This document shows positions 14,201 through 26,157 of a DNA stretch of 64,000 bases, one piece after another. This DNA comes from Phoronis australis (taxonomy: Eukaryota; Animalia; Phoronida): the NCBI GenBank assembly GCA_002633005.1, contig NMRA01000103.1, forward strand, positions 236,495 through 300,494. Direction: 5' to 3'. Made by a program: the position numbers and the translations under genes. Position 1 is the stretch's first letter. Each line of letters starts with the position of its first letter. The notes beneath the pieces are model-generated. The model was not told the origin of the DNA and did no database searches. It was given only the letters and a program-made list of their open reading frames with translations.

Positions 14201-17200
14201 TAAATAACAAACGATATCAGTCTATTGATATATAGTCAACTCTACATACAAGCACCACATGTTCTCCGACATACGCTCATGGGCTTGTGTCTAGATAGCT
14301 TCAAAAACATGGTCGGGCAAGTTTGTATCTGACGTTCGTGTATTCGCTAGTTGGTCCTTACGCCCATATGGACTTTCATAATTCGATAATCGCACCACCG
14401 AAGAGATTGGCTTGACGGGGATTGATGGGTAGAAAGGGTCCGGCCAGTACCCGACCAGGTGAGAATACTATAGAAAAAAAAGCGTTGGTCTTTTGTCCAA
14501 GTTGGGAGGCTCCCACCAGAGTTGATACACTAGTTTATGAGTTGCACTATTGACGTTTATTGGCAGTTTAGATATGTTACCCCGTCCGTTTGATGTTGAT
14601 TTAACTGAACATTTCCGTGTCCTTGTTTGAGTCCCGTGACCACAGGTAGCGCTGCATGTACTCCAGTCGGACCATTTCCCACAAGGCTCTGTAAAAAAAC
14701 CAAAATTATTGGTATGTTTAACAGTTTCGGTAATAGGAACAATTGTTTGTCAGATGACCTTTCCATGATTCTCCGAAAGCTGTGCACGCGTGCACCTTTT
14801 CATTCAATCCCATATCAACCTTAAATACTAATACATGTACTGAACAGGTATCAATGTTTTCATTTGGACCATTTATCATTATAAAATTGGTTTGTCATTC
14901 CAAGGATTTGAAAGTGCGGAAAATCAAATATTACTTGAGACTATGTGCTCTATAAAACTGCTAGTCACATTACTTCTTGTCTTCCATTAATTAATAATGT
15001 GAGTAGAAAGTAGTGTTATCAAAAGTTCGCCTCTTAAACGAAATCAAGTATGTACCCTAAAAGAATCGTCCGTAAAACCAAAAGAATTAGCATTCCTTTT
15101 GTTAGAAGGCGATCTTAGTCTATAGCATAAAATTTTGAAGATTTACGTTTTATCCGTCTTTACAGCTATTGTGTAAAAAACTGTAACAAAACCGACGCTG
15201 CCGGAAGTCGCACATCTGAGTTCAATACCTTACCATCGTAGTGAGATATATAAATTCGAGTGTGATGATTGTACTAGTTTTGAGAGGGATGATGCTGAAG
15301 GAGAAAGAGAAGACGGAGATGATTACGGAGATGCTGAAGATCAAGATGGTTATGGTAATGACTATTGCGATGGCGACGACGAAGAAGATGATGAGGATTG
15401 TGTCTATGATGCATTAGGCAACTCGTACGCTAGCACTACATTGTACTGTACATGTATTTGCACGCAAGAGGATTAGGATGCAGACATATGGTGATTGTAG
15501 TGTTAGCAGCGGCGGCGGTGAGGGTAATGAAGACGATGATCATGACGGAGACGAGGATGACGGCGACGATAAACATGATGATGAAGATACATGTACATGT
15601 AATTCTGCATCTAATCATGATGATGATGGTGATGATAATCAAGTTGTTATTGATGATGACAACGATGATGACGATGGTGGTGGTGTGCAGCTGATGTGGA
15701 TGACGACGATAGTGATGATGACGATGGTGAGAAAGATTTTAAGGAGGCAGACACAGCGGTGGTGATGCTTAAACAATAAAGCCGGTGTGAGCAAATGGGA
15801 ACGATAGTGATGATGAAAGTGGTGGCACTCTGTTGAACGACAATTCCAGGAAACTATTTCCCTGGTCAAAAGGCTTTAAATTCATTAACAGTAGAGCGTA
15901 TACATGTAGTTATGATTGATGACATCTTAAAGCAATTTCTTGCACCTCTTTAAATTAAAAGACCCTTATTAAGTCGATAAATGTCACCTATAGACACATA
16001 GAGCAGGGGCAGCGGGATTATTGCAATGCCTATTGATAGTCTGTTCAAATAAGGTAACAAAATTAGACGTGTTCTAAAATTAAAAAATTAATTAAATGAA
16101 CGAGTAGATGATTAACGCGACACGTGTTGTAAATTCGTGGCGTCTATTCTTTTTTCGGGGCAACTCATGGTCCAAAACAAGCTCAAATAAAATGTGCGGT
16201 TTGAAACACAACTCCCATCCAATACAACCATAACGTAACATAAGAATCGATTACAATTACACGATGAAAATTAATAACAAGAGAAGGTGGGATGACGTGT
16301 CTTGTGGCTATTACAAATTTGTAATGTATTCACAGTATTCTATTCCATAGGACCACTGACGAAAAGACACACTGTGCTCACAGAAAAGATAGCGTGAAGC
16401 TTAGTTGATGGCCATTGTTGGATGGGAATAAAGGTCTAAAGACACAGTGCGGGTCTATGCAGCTCTCCAAAAACGAAAACAAAAATGTGTGAGATAGATT
16501 TGTCTAAATGGGGAGTAATTGTCGTGAATTATAGTCAGTAGTAGACATGGCATTTCAGACACATACTCAACCAGACTTGATAACGATGTGATCCACTGAA
16601 CGGCGCCCTAAACAGCACTCTTAAAGTGGCTTAGAACGCATAATCCTGACTAAATTGCATTGTGCAAAGTGGTTCTCTGTCAAAGAAACAGAAGTCAGAC
16701 TTTTCACCAGGTATTTGACGTTTTGTTCGTAAATATTTTGAATTTCTGTTGATGTCAAAGAGTTTTTCCTTTAGTTTCAAATTTCAAAAAATCTGACAAC
16801 TGCTCGTCTACCGCTCAATATTCATCATGTTTTCTCCCACCAGGCAACGCACGTTCCCTTATTTGGTATAAAAGGGCATAGATGTAGCATATTTCCATTA
16901 TACATAAAAAAAATATCACCTTGAAACTTTCACGGAAAAAATGGCAATTATGCATTTTGGGAAATGTATATTGTGTAATTCTTTGAGCGCATGCGCGCAT
17001 ATATATTATTATGGGAGGGGGGTGGAAAATCGTGCTGGTGTGAAATAGCTGATATTTCGCCTTTGTTTCAAAAATCGTGAATATGACATTTTTTCTGAAA
17101 ATTCTCGTAATATTCATAATGAATAACTCTCACAGTAGCATTACCGAGAAGTACGTGCGTCAAGATATGTTTTTCAAAAGTTTCGCATAAATGTTTACAT

Positions 17201-20200
17201 CTATGCCTCTTTTAACTTCCTGTTTCTAAAACCGTGGACCCGCGCTGTTTAAATCAGTCATTTTGTGTATTCCGTTTTCTCATGACGCGCGGCGAACATT
17301 CATCAAACCGTTTTATCTCACCGTAAGTCCGAAAAATCCCAAAACATATTTTAAATTGTCAAGAACTTTCCACGTAGCACGTGCATGTAAAATAAAAGTC
17401 AATGTTCGTTAATCTCAATTTTCTAGAAAGTGAGTGTAGAGAACAGTCTCCCGTTCAGTAAGGCTAGGACCTCGCTAAAAAGCAAGACTTCGTGAGATTA
17501 CGCGAGAAGTTGCCATGTATTACAAATGAGAGCACGTGACTTTGGCTAGATTTTAGCTAGGTCCTAGCGTAGGTCCTAGCGTTACTGAACGCACGCCAGG
17601 TGTCAAGCTTATACAGTACTAGTTCATTAGCATGTGGTAAAACTAGTCCCACAAATCTTTATTCTTTGACCTCACCTACATAAAGAGTACCGAACACCAT
17701 GATTGAACAAGCAAAAAGGTTCGCTACTGATGTTTTACTAAGCCCACGTGCGACTACAATGACGGTGCTCACCTGATAAAACTGTGCCCGAGTTGACATT
17801 GCAAAGGTCGTCGCGACAACAGTAGTTACATCGACTTCCTAGGCGACCTACTGAGCATTCGTCTGGATTGTTGTTTTCTCGATTTAAGCACGTCTGTAGA
17901 AACACAAAAACAAGAGAGTGGAAAGATAGCACTGCACCAAATGACGAAGGCCACAACTTTGATGGCCCGTTTATGAACAGTTAGGGCCCCGAATTTGTGT
18001 CTACATTTTGATGAAGCTGACTGCGGACGGGCGGAAAGTGAACTTTTTTGACCAAACCATGCCTCGTACGCAACACCGTCCACTGGCTTCTTTCTAATAT
18101 TGTACAATGCCTCAGTAGTCGGTTCTCATTCTGTGTTTCTCCAGTTCTAGTCGATGTAGTACTGAGGGCTCCTGTGGTGTACAGGGCCATATTAAACAAT
18201 GGTACCGCCGGGTCAACTGGCTAAGACATCTAATTGGTTCTCCATAATGGCTTCCGGCTTACACACCAATCAAATGTTTGTGCCGGTTGGACTAGAGAAA
18301 CTGGCATAGTCAATCAAAAGTAGCCAATGGTGAATGAACCGTATGACACATAAGTACATGTACGTTGAAGCAAGTTATATGCAAATTGATTATTACATGT
18401 TCTCAGTCGTTATCTCCCTTATCTGGAGCCCGAGTGGATTTTGTAGAATTATCGCCGTCGGGGCTGATGCCCTTCGGGGGAAAGTTCTCCAAAATCCACG
18501 AGGGCTCTACGGGGATAACGGCATCGCCATGTATAACCTACATTTATACGCTCAGTATATGTGGTGCATGGCGAAGATGTTATCTCCCGTAATCTAGAGC
18601 CCCAGTGGATTTTGAAAAATTATCGCCTGAGAAGCGTTAGCCGCAAGGACAATAAATCTATAAAATCTTTAGATAAGGGAGTAACGTCTGGGAACATGTA
18701 ATGATTTAAATATATACACAAATGTTTAAATGCTACACATTTTCCCATTTCACTGATGATTAAATATATTGCAAGACTACTTAATTAGTCATTATCAGTA
18801 ACCATTAATGTTTGTGATACTTGAAATCAAGAATTCACACATTTGTTTATTTGCATATACTCCTTCGAAAATATAAAAATATCCTAAGCGGTCTAGAACA
18901 CGTTGTCCTAGATATACCTAACCGCTTGTGTGGGCCCACTGCACTGATCAACTGGAACCTTTTCATGCCTTATTAATGTATACTTAAACCCGACCTGAAG
19001 AGCTGGAGAAGTGACTCAAGGGTCGAGCAGTGTGTCCCCAGTGCCGGGAACTCGAACACACGACCTTGGGTAAAAGAAGTGGACACTTATCATACTAAGT
19101 CACACTGACTCCACAGCATTCGTATAGTTATAGCTGTCTAAAGAAAAGTGTCATGGTTCGTAAATGGTGGCTGAAATTATTATACGTTTAGGAAGTACAA
19201 GTGCGGTAAAACTAAGATTTTAACTTTTTAATATTTTTAGATCATTTCAACGAGTTTATTTAGGATTCTTTGTTAAATGCAAAGAGAATTGTTCTGCGTT
19301 CCGTAGACCCAAGACACTGGCGAAGCACTTGCGGCGAAAATCTTCGATAAAGGAACGGTAACAGTGAATTGTATCGTACAATACATCATTTCAGCCTGAT
19401 CAACCAATCACTAAGTGGTCGTCGTTTTGCTAAGGTACCTCAGAAAGGTCCCAAGTGTACTAGAGAAACACTCACGTGAAGTTACTTTTACGCAAGTTTC
19501 GCGCGTCTACGGAACACACCCTCTAATTAATTTACCAGTATGTTTGAACAGCCTTTGGTCGTTACCACGTTGCCATTTACAAGGTCGTACTGTGCAGAAC
19601 ACACCTGCAGGAAAGAACGTGAAGATGAATAAGCAAAAATCAAAAAGTAATTGGCCGCACACACGTGTGTACTGTCTTAGTTCCCTAATTACAATCAGAG
19701 TATCGAAATTTCCCAAACTTATTTGTACACATGCGCATCCTGCTCCTTGAAACATCACTCCGCGTCCCAGGCAGTGGAACAGGATGAAAGCAAATGAATA
19801 ACGCGGGTGAACACTGACCCTTGCGTAAAAGGTGGATCCACAATGTGTACAATTAACGGCACTAAATGTAATTAGTTGTGACACAACCGGTGCAGTTGAT
19901 CAACAGCAGTTATTTTCAGACTCATAATGGTACATTGAGTGTAGTTTAGGTAACATGCCTATTACCTTGGGACACGTTGTACCACACGGGCTAATGGGCA
20001 ATGCTTTGAATGCTGCGACGGCCACAAGTAATCGCACCGCGATTCAAGGCAGGCTAACACTTCGTTTTCCACGTTCATATTGATATCGGTAGAGAACTCA
20101 TGAGGTATTATATCAGGCTTGACTGAGAAAACCGAGCTCATTCGATACTCTGTTCGTATCTATCTTGTACAGACATCGCATTGAAAAAGACTAACCTGTG

Positions 20201-21732
20201 CGACGGCGAATTGTTCTCGACATGTCCAAACCTAATTTCTTCTAACTGAGTTTTAAGACACCAGAAGAGTTTTTTCGAGCGTAAAACCATTCAGTAGTAT
20301 GCATCTACGATAAAATGTCTTACCTACACTGTAGCCGCGTCCACCACTCACTTAAATCATAGCCAAGTGCACGCCGCATTTGAACCGTTTAGTGTATTTT
20401 TGAGGCCAATAATCCTCAGTCGTAGCCACTTTTTATTGGTTGATACTTGAAACATTTGTTGTATTTAGGGAACATACCTTTTTGTCCAATCGTATCCTTC
20501 TTGCCTTGAATTTCAGGTTAACGATTGGACATTTTCTCGGCGCTATATCTTAACTGAGCGGAAATGACTGACTACTAAGTGAAGTTTACCCGCTTATCAC
20601 CCGAACGAGAGGCTGCAAGCACTGAGCATATTCCAAAACGCACAGGCTTATATGAACATTTATTGTATGTATTAGCTGCGTGCTAAACTAGTAGATCGTG
20701 CTTCAACGCTAACATCATGATATTTTATGAGATTGTCTTATTTTGACTCATTGGTTGAGATGTCGTGTGTGGGCTCTGAATACCAGAATAGACGTGGAAG
20801 TCCAAGTTCGTTAGATGAAGTTCAAGATTGCAGCACGGAAACTAAAGTATATTGTACTTGACGAGCGCGTAATATACCGCTCCATTGTCATTTTAACTTA
20901 CGTTGAAGTTGGTCATGTTTGACCTGCCGAACCATCAATAAATGCAACATTAATGGCCACTAGGTGGAGTAGTGACCGCTGGTCCAAAAAACGCTGGTCT
21001 CCTGACCTATATAGTCTCCTTGATTCTAATCTTCTAATTCTCAAGTCAATTCTACTGTCAAGGAGGGGCATCCACCCAGTAAATGACATGGTTATAAGCC
21101 AACGAATTACGCATTCAAGTCTATCAACAATAGACAAGGATGAGTACAAGTTGTCCAGGTTTGGAACCAGCTTCATCACCGCCCACCAGGCGGCCATTCA
21201 TTGGCTTCTGACGATAGCTGCTGTAAGTAGCCGAAATAATTAAGGTAATCAAATCTACTCCTTGACTACAAAAAAAAAAAATATTTAGCGTATCTGCTCT
21301 GCTGACCTCCTGAACTCATTCAGTGTTGCATTTAAAGTCACGGTGATTTTGTCACTCATTGAAAAAGGAATGTTAGAATTTTCTGAAAGATCAGTACTAC
21401 ACCATACGTTTGTCATTGGGTTTCAAGAACTGTGAAATTACCTCGTTGGGAAGACACTGTGCAGTGGTATTCTGACAGGCTTTAGGATCGCCGCTGGCTG
21501 GACACACGTAGCAGTTCGGAAATGTCAAGTTAGATTTGCCCTTTAACACCTCTGTTAATGTCAATATTTTCTTTCTCTGTAAATTTGGTGGTGGTTTCTG
21601 CTTTTTCCCAGTGGCGTAATCAGTGGAGACTCCAAGAACAAGCAGGACAGTCACAACTGGAAGACATGATGGGAAATGGTGCACGTGACTAAACAAAGCC
21701 TCACCTAGCGTCGTCTTTGAACATCCTTGCAT
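8064..21732 (-). CDS. Spliced gene (8 coding exons, ~623 aa): secreted LU(Ly6/uPAR)-TSP1-His-rich-mucin-LU protein
   Basis: Exons 21732-21442, 19604-19536, 17893-17773, 14688-14581, 13776-13621, 11731-10931, 10006-9871, 8253-8064 all have GT-AG ends and compatible phases (0,0,1,1,1,1,2). Total 1872 nt forms one open frame ending TAG. AATAAA on the minus strand at 7782-7787 and 7733-7738. Confidence 0.8.
8725..9060 (+). repeat. Dispersed ~300-bp repeat, copy 2 (intronic)
   Basis: Direct-orientation homolog of 3234-3535. Confidence 0.8.
9871..10006 (-). CDS. LU-TSP1-mucin gene exon 7 (first half of LU domain 2)
   Basis: ctgtctgcag|(G)FSCYTCDPKDDGSCDEKLEACSADKNYCLNTLFSVPGGKQAIRKR|gtaatg; phase 1-2. 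Confidence 0.85.
10931..11731 (-). CDS. LU-TSP1-mucin gene exon 6 (His-rich repeats, C-terminal TSR strand, PTS mucin repeat)
   Basis: Strong acceptor ttctttctttgattttag; KHGSHSHH repeats; TQTDSRVCLNLAPCP; ~16 TTLKPTTPEP units; donor GTAATT; 801 nt, phase 1-1. Confidence 0.88.
10950..11460 (-). repeat. Coding minisatellite, ~30-nt unit (TTLKPTTPEP)
   Basis: Tandem ttggtttcaatgttgttggttcgggtgtcg variants on the + strand, about 16 copies. Confidence 0.95.
12603..12686. repeat. Imperfect hairpin element with CCTTCGG-type loop
   Basis: atatcccac..acattattccgcgta..cgacc / ggtcgatacgcgaaataatgt..gtgggatat. Confidence 0.7.
13621..13776 (-). CDS. LU-TSP1-mucin gene exon 5 (basic, helix-prone insert)
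   Basis: tttttacttag|(G)KPSKVKSHLGSKELPGLMKEERDLINVLNRGMKASTERKLRELRRKILKGY|gtgaga; 156 nt, phase 1-1, no stops. Confidence 0.65.
14581..14688 (-). CDS. LU-TSP1-mucin gene exon 4 (N-terminal half of thrombospondin type-1 repeat)
   Basis: ttttttacag|(E)PCGKWSDWSTCSATCGHGTQTRTRKCSVKSTSNGR|gtaaca; WSxW, CSxTCGxG and RxRxC TSR motifs; phase 1-1. Confidence 0.88.
15280..15730 (+). repeat. Degenerate (GAT/GAC)n low-complexity tract
   Basis: Long gatgatgacgat runs in intron 3 of the LU gene. Confidence 0.85.
17447..17596. mobile_element. 150-bp MITE (Harbinger-like, CAG TSD), copy 1
   Basis: TIR cgttcagtaa(g/c)gctaggacct; CAG on both flanks; inverted homolog at 23177-23326. Confidence 0.8.
17773..17893 (-). 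CDS. LU-TSP1-mucin gene exon 3 (end of LU domain 1)
   Basis: tttctacag|TCLNRENNNPDECSVGRLGSRCNYCCRDDLCNVNSGTVLS|gtgagc; contains the CCxxDxCN LU signature. Confidence 0.88.
18409..18690. repeat. Two tandem imperfect hairpin units (MITE-like)
   Basis: gttatctccc..gagccc.agtggattttg..aattatcgcc occurs twice, each followed by a complementary arm. Confidence 0.7.
18990..19115 (-). mobile_element. tRNA-derived SINE-like fragment
   Basis: Minus strand shows A-box-like tgacttagtgatg and B-box gttcgagttcc followed by non-tRNA sequence; no full cloverleaf. Confidence 0.5.
19536..19604 (-). CDS. LU-TSP1-mucin gene exon 2 (middle of LU domain 1)
   Basis: ttctttcctgcag|VCSAQYDLVNGNVVTTKGCSNIL|gtaaat; 69 nt, phase 0-0; KGC is the LU finger-2 motif. 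Confidence 0.85.
21442..21732 (-). CDS. LU-TSP1-mucin gene exon 1: signal-peptide-like segment and start of LU domain 1
   Basis: MQGCSK...LPVVTVLLVLGVSTDYATG...NCYVCPASGDPKACQNTTAQCLPNE, then donor GTAATT. CxxC...C...C is the typical LU start. Confidence 0.8.
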
Positions 21733-23176
21733 TGGATCTTGTTTCGGAGTGGAACACTTTGTTTAGGTTTTGTAATACGGCGAATTGTGTCCCTAATCAC
21801 ACGTGATGAAACTAGCGATAAATTGTTGTATTTCAGTTTAAAATTTACGGTTTCGGATTAACCCGTAATTAGGTATAAAGCGATATGCGTGCGCAAACCA
21901 AGCTCACAAATAATGTGACTAGTAGAATATGTCAAAGAAAATAATTCAAGTTCTGTCTGAAATAAGCCGACTTATACTTGGCTAGTTCCTGACGAGTGTA
22001 ACTATGTCCTAGGTTGAGTTTATTGGCGGTCTCGTTATGTTGTCAATGTTGCTCTGTACTACTGATTCGATGGTGAACCTCCGTATGCAAGCAAACACTC
22101 ACTTAACACATTGAGCCGGAGTCACACTCCGTGGGATCTGAGTGAGATGAGCTCATACAGGCAATGGTCATGATTACACACTAGGAATTTCAGTGTTATT
22201 GTCACCAAATTTACGTAACCGATAATCCACACAATATTCAGCATGATGCCTTATCAATGCCCAACTTATCAAAACTTCATATATTAGTCCATGGCCTTAT
22301 ATGTCGGGGTCGCTGACTTGGGATGAACAAACCTTTAAATTCGAATACAAATTTCACGACACTGACCTGCTGTGTTTTTGCACCGTTACTCATTCAATAT
22401 TATCATATTACAACATATTAACATCGAAGGTCTATTAAATTGTTAAAATTTTGACTAGCAGCAATGTGGAAAAATGATGACTAACCGATAAACTGTGAGG
22501 CCTTATTCTATTATAAGCTTACAGTCTTCTGTACGTGATGGTTGTATTTTGAAATGTTCAAGTTTACAAAATACAATGTACACCGTTTCGTCATACCAGG
22601 TTTCATGGTGGCAGGGTGTCGTAGCTTGGAAAACTAATAGATTTGTTTACAGAGTTAAAACTCGGTGAAAGTATATATTTTATGAAAATAGACAGACTGT
22701 AGAACTTATGTTTGACCAAGTATAGTTAGTAAAACTTACCAAAAACTAAGGCCTATTCAGAGCAAGAAACTAAAACCATAACACGACCAACTTTTGTTTG
22801 ATATGAATGTTCAAGATAGAATTCCAACAACTCTGTTACGCCATATAAATCATCATTTCGTTTTTGTTTGATGCAACTTTTGATGTCTTTCATAAAAATA
22901 ATAAAAGTTGTATTGTTGATAATCGCTCATGCAAAAGTGGAGACGTTTAAAAACAAATCCTAACACCGTTTTGGGACCAGCGCATGAAGTCATTTTTGAG
23001 GTGAGATAGACATATTTGGTCTCTTTTGAGGGTCCTACATAACCGTAATGACGTTTTTATCAATATTATGGCCATTGCGGAGAGGTCAGAGCTCGTACCC
23101 TACTCTTACAAAGGAAATTGACATGGTTGCAAGTATGGTTTGAAACATTCCCTCAGTAGTGACAGGCACGGGCCAG

Positions 23177-23326
23177 GCGTGCGTTCAGTAACGCTAGGAC
23201 CTTCGCTAGCACCTAGCTAAAATCTAGTCAAAATCACGTGTTATCATTTGAAATACACTACAATGTCCCACCTGATCTCGCGAAGTGTTGCTTTTTAGCG
23301 AGGTCCTAGTATAACTGAACAGGAGG
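23177..23326. mobile_element. 150-bp MITE (Harbinger-like, CAG TSD), copy 2
   Basis: Same TIRs and length as 17447-17596, opposite orientation; CAG on both flanks. Confidence 0.8.
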
Positions 23327-23630
23327 CAGGTCTCGTAGATTGGTGTATGACCCGTCACAACAACGGGATGAATAGATTCTACGATAACTGCAAGACCTTC
23401 GAAGTGCACTCACCTTGTTGGAAAAACGTCAATAAAAATCCAGTTCTCCTTTTTTATGAACCAAGGTGAAAGGGATCAACTGAAGGTTTTCGCATTGCAA
23501 ATATTTGAGATAAAATGGTCACCAGCCAGAAAATGATGGGACACGCCTTATGTTATCTTATCGTTATCGATGAAAATTTTGCTATTAGTCATAGCAGCCA
23601 CAGACGTGAGGCCGTTTTCCGTAAATAGAG

Positions 23631-23776
23631 AATCCTACACGAGTCTCGGGTTTATGACATGGGCAAAACCTCTTACAAATATCTTCAAAATCCCGAGGAT
23701 TGTCGATGGATTTTGACGAAATTTCCAAGAGGTTTTGCCCATGTCATAAATCTGAGTTGAGTGTACATGTAGGATT
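23631..23776. repeat. Hairpin (foldback) MITE-like element
   Basis: 24-bp perfect arms 23651-23674 / 23727-23750 within a longer imperfect stem. Confidence 0.8.
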
Positions 23777-24849
23777 TGTTTTCTCACATGGACCGTAAAA
23801 ACGATCTTTTTTGCCTTACTTTTGTTAATAGTTTTATTTTAAGCTTAGCAATTGTAAATTACATTCAGCTTTCGTAGCACATATTCAAGTTAAAATGTAA
23901 TAATTAGTCTTTGAAGTTGTCCTATATTAAAACATAAAAATGTTGATAAATAGCGGTCAGCAAGGCTTCCCCGAGCGGTAGCACTGAACTGGCATTGACT
24001 GAGACGGCACAGCTAGACAGTCTCGCATCGTTTCTTGAGTTAAAGTTCGTCTCCGTTTGAATGGATATGGAATTCGATGGGTGCGTTTAAGAAGTTGTTT
24101 GCATGTCCTTCCGACTGGGAATACGTACAGTTGCGACACCCGATTTGTCAATCATAACCTTGTCACCTTCTCGGAACTCCGGCATTGTTTGGTTGGCGCG
24201 CGTTTGGTTGTTTTAGTGTTTTGCAGACGATAAAACGTAAGGCGTATGGATTTCTACTTTTCAATACTTAGTGATTCACCCATGTAATATCAAAAAATTA
24301 TGTACTCGGTGTTATTGACCAGTCGTATCGTAACACATTCCAGGTCATGTGAGGAAAGAAATAACTTCCTTGAGACCAATTGCAGTTGTGACTCGTATTA
24401 GTGGTAATTTCTTGGCTTGGGAAGAGCTGTGTCTTAATAATTACTTGAGATCATTTTTGCTCGGCCTCAAGCAATATTGAGCTGTTTGGCTCGCCGGCTA
24501 CCATGTTTTTCCCCGTTAGAAACTTCATAAACTACACATACATGTACAAGAAAAGTGAACTGTTGTGGTCCTCCTAACAATAGTATTGACATAGGCCTAC
24601 AACATATAGTTAAACTGCAATTAATCAAGTCAATGGAAGAAACGTGAACTAATGAGTAAACAACCATTGGTAATCGACAGTTACGTATTGCCTGTAACAA
24701 ACTAATTTCCCTGCGACGGGTGAAAAGTACTTATTGAGCTCTCATCTACTTTGCTTAGATGACAAAATTATGATATTAGTTGAAAAAACTGTGAAGATTA
24801 ATTATTGAATTTTCAACATGCCTGTCGTCATCTAAACAGGCAATGCGTA

Positions 24850-25060
24850 ATAAGCAATTCAAACCTGCAAATCCGAATTTGGAACGCAACATCATCGTCG
24901 TTTATTGGCGTCTCACAAGGAACAAACCTAGACAGCTCACTTTATTTATACCAGAAGGTCGCCTTAACGACAAGTTTAATAATATATCCCCGATTCTTAA
25001 ATACTGTATTGTTTTAATGATAAATTTCATTGCCTCCTGTCGAGGGGCTTGTCCATAGTA
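24850..25060 (+). mobile_element. Highly decayed non-LTR RT fragment (CR1/L2-like)
   Basis: Peptide SSSFIGVSQGTNLDSSLYLY resembles the GVPQGSxLGPLLF RT motif; nothing else is intact. Confidence 0.3.
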
Positions 25061-26157
25061 ACAAGATAGTGAACGTCTTCATTAGACCGTTATCTGTTAA
25101 TACCTTTGACTGGGAGGCTTTATTAGTTCTACAAATCGTCTACCGTAATTCCTGCCGTCCGAGGTCGTACGTGCATCGGGGCTCCAAGGTCCAAAATATC
25201 GCTAACAGTTTATCCTATAAATGATTTTTTTTTAATCACGAATTAGAATCCCAATTGCCAGTGTAAACATATCACGTGACATACACCTAGTTTGCAGCCA
25301 CATCGACAGGAACGAATCTGTTAAAATGTCATTCATTTATGTCGCGGGGTTAAAATACTACGCGGTGGAAAAAGATGAGCCGGCAACGGTCGACCGGCGG
25401 TTGCACAAATAGTAACAGCCGACAACACAAAACAAAAGGGAAATATAATCAGATATGACAGAGGTTGAAAAAAACGTCCCGAATTTCAATGCCATCGTTT
25501 TGCAAAAGTCAGAGGACTTATACTAACAAATAATACATGCCCATTGTGTACTTGACTTAATATTTAAGGTAACCGAGCAATAATGCTTCTCTTTATCACC
25601 GATCGAAACCGCTGCGTTAGCTTTTGTTGCGTGAGGTTTCTTCATTTCTTGTACAAATTGAAGAAATGGTTGTGAACTTGGACTGGGTCGCCTAGCTTGA
25701 AAACTAAGTGTGAGCATGCACTGTAAACGAGTGCCTCAAAAAATTAAAACCTTTGGGATCATGATATTACTTCACAAACTACAGACGAGCGGATGGAAAA
25801 AGCGCTAATTTGAGCAAAATTTTGAAAATGTGACTTTATAAAACGCTAGTTTTCCGCTAATAACAAAATAAATATGAGAGTTGGCGAAAGCAGATGCAAC
25901 TAATTAATTACGACTTTCTTCGAAACCTGCCACATGCAAAATATTTCTTTTGAGGACTTAAATCTTCGGTTGAAACGCAGTGTTCTTTTATCCGTACGCG
26001 TCGTCAGGCAACGTCTTGCATTACTTGACGTTTGCGAAGTTAGGATCCGAATGAAGTCAACGAAGTATCATTACATGCATAAAAATTTCTTTGTATATGT
26101 ATTATATGTAGTTGAAATAACGAGTGAAGTCGTGCAATAACTTTACGCCTGGTCACA

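Noticed and set aside
15436-15869. Asp-rich and Met/Ile-rich ORFs
   Set aside because: Translations of a degenerate (GAT)n tract with no splice or domain support.
19969-20031. + strand peptide GTRCTTRANGQCFECCDGHK* resembling an LU C-terminus
   Set aside because: Wrong strand for the host gene, lacks the CN end and splice context, and the LU1 exons already join in phase without it.
20913-21243. Overlapping ~95-aa ORFs in intron 1 of the LU gene
   Set aside because: No convincing motif; at best a very decayed retroelement fragment.
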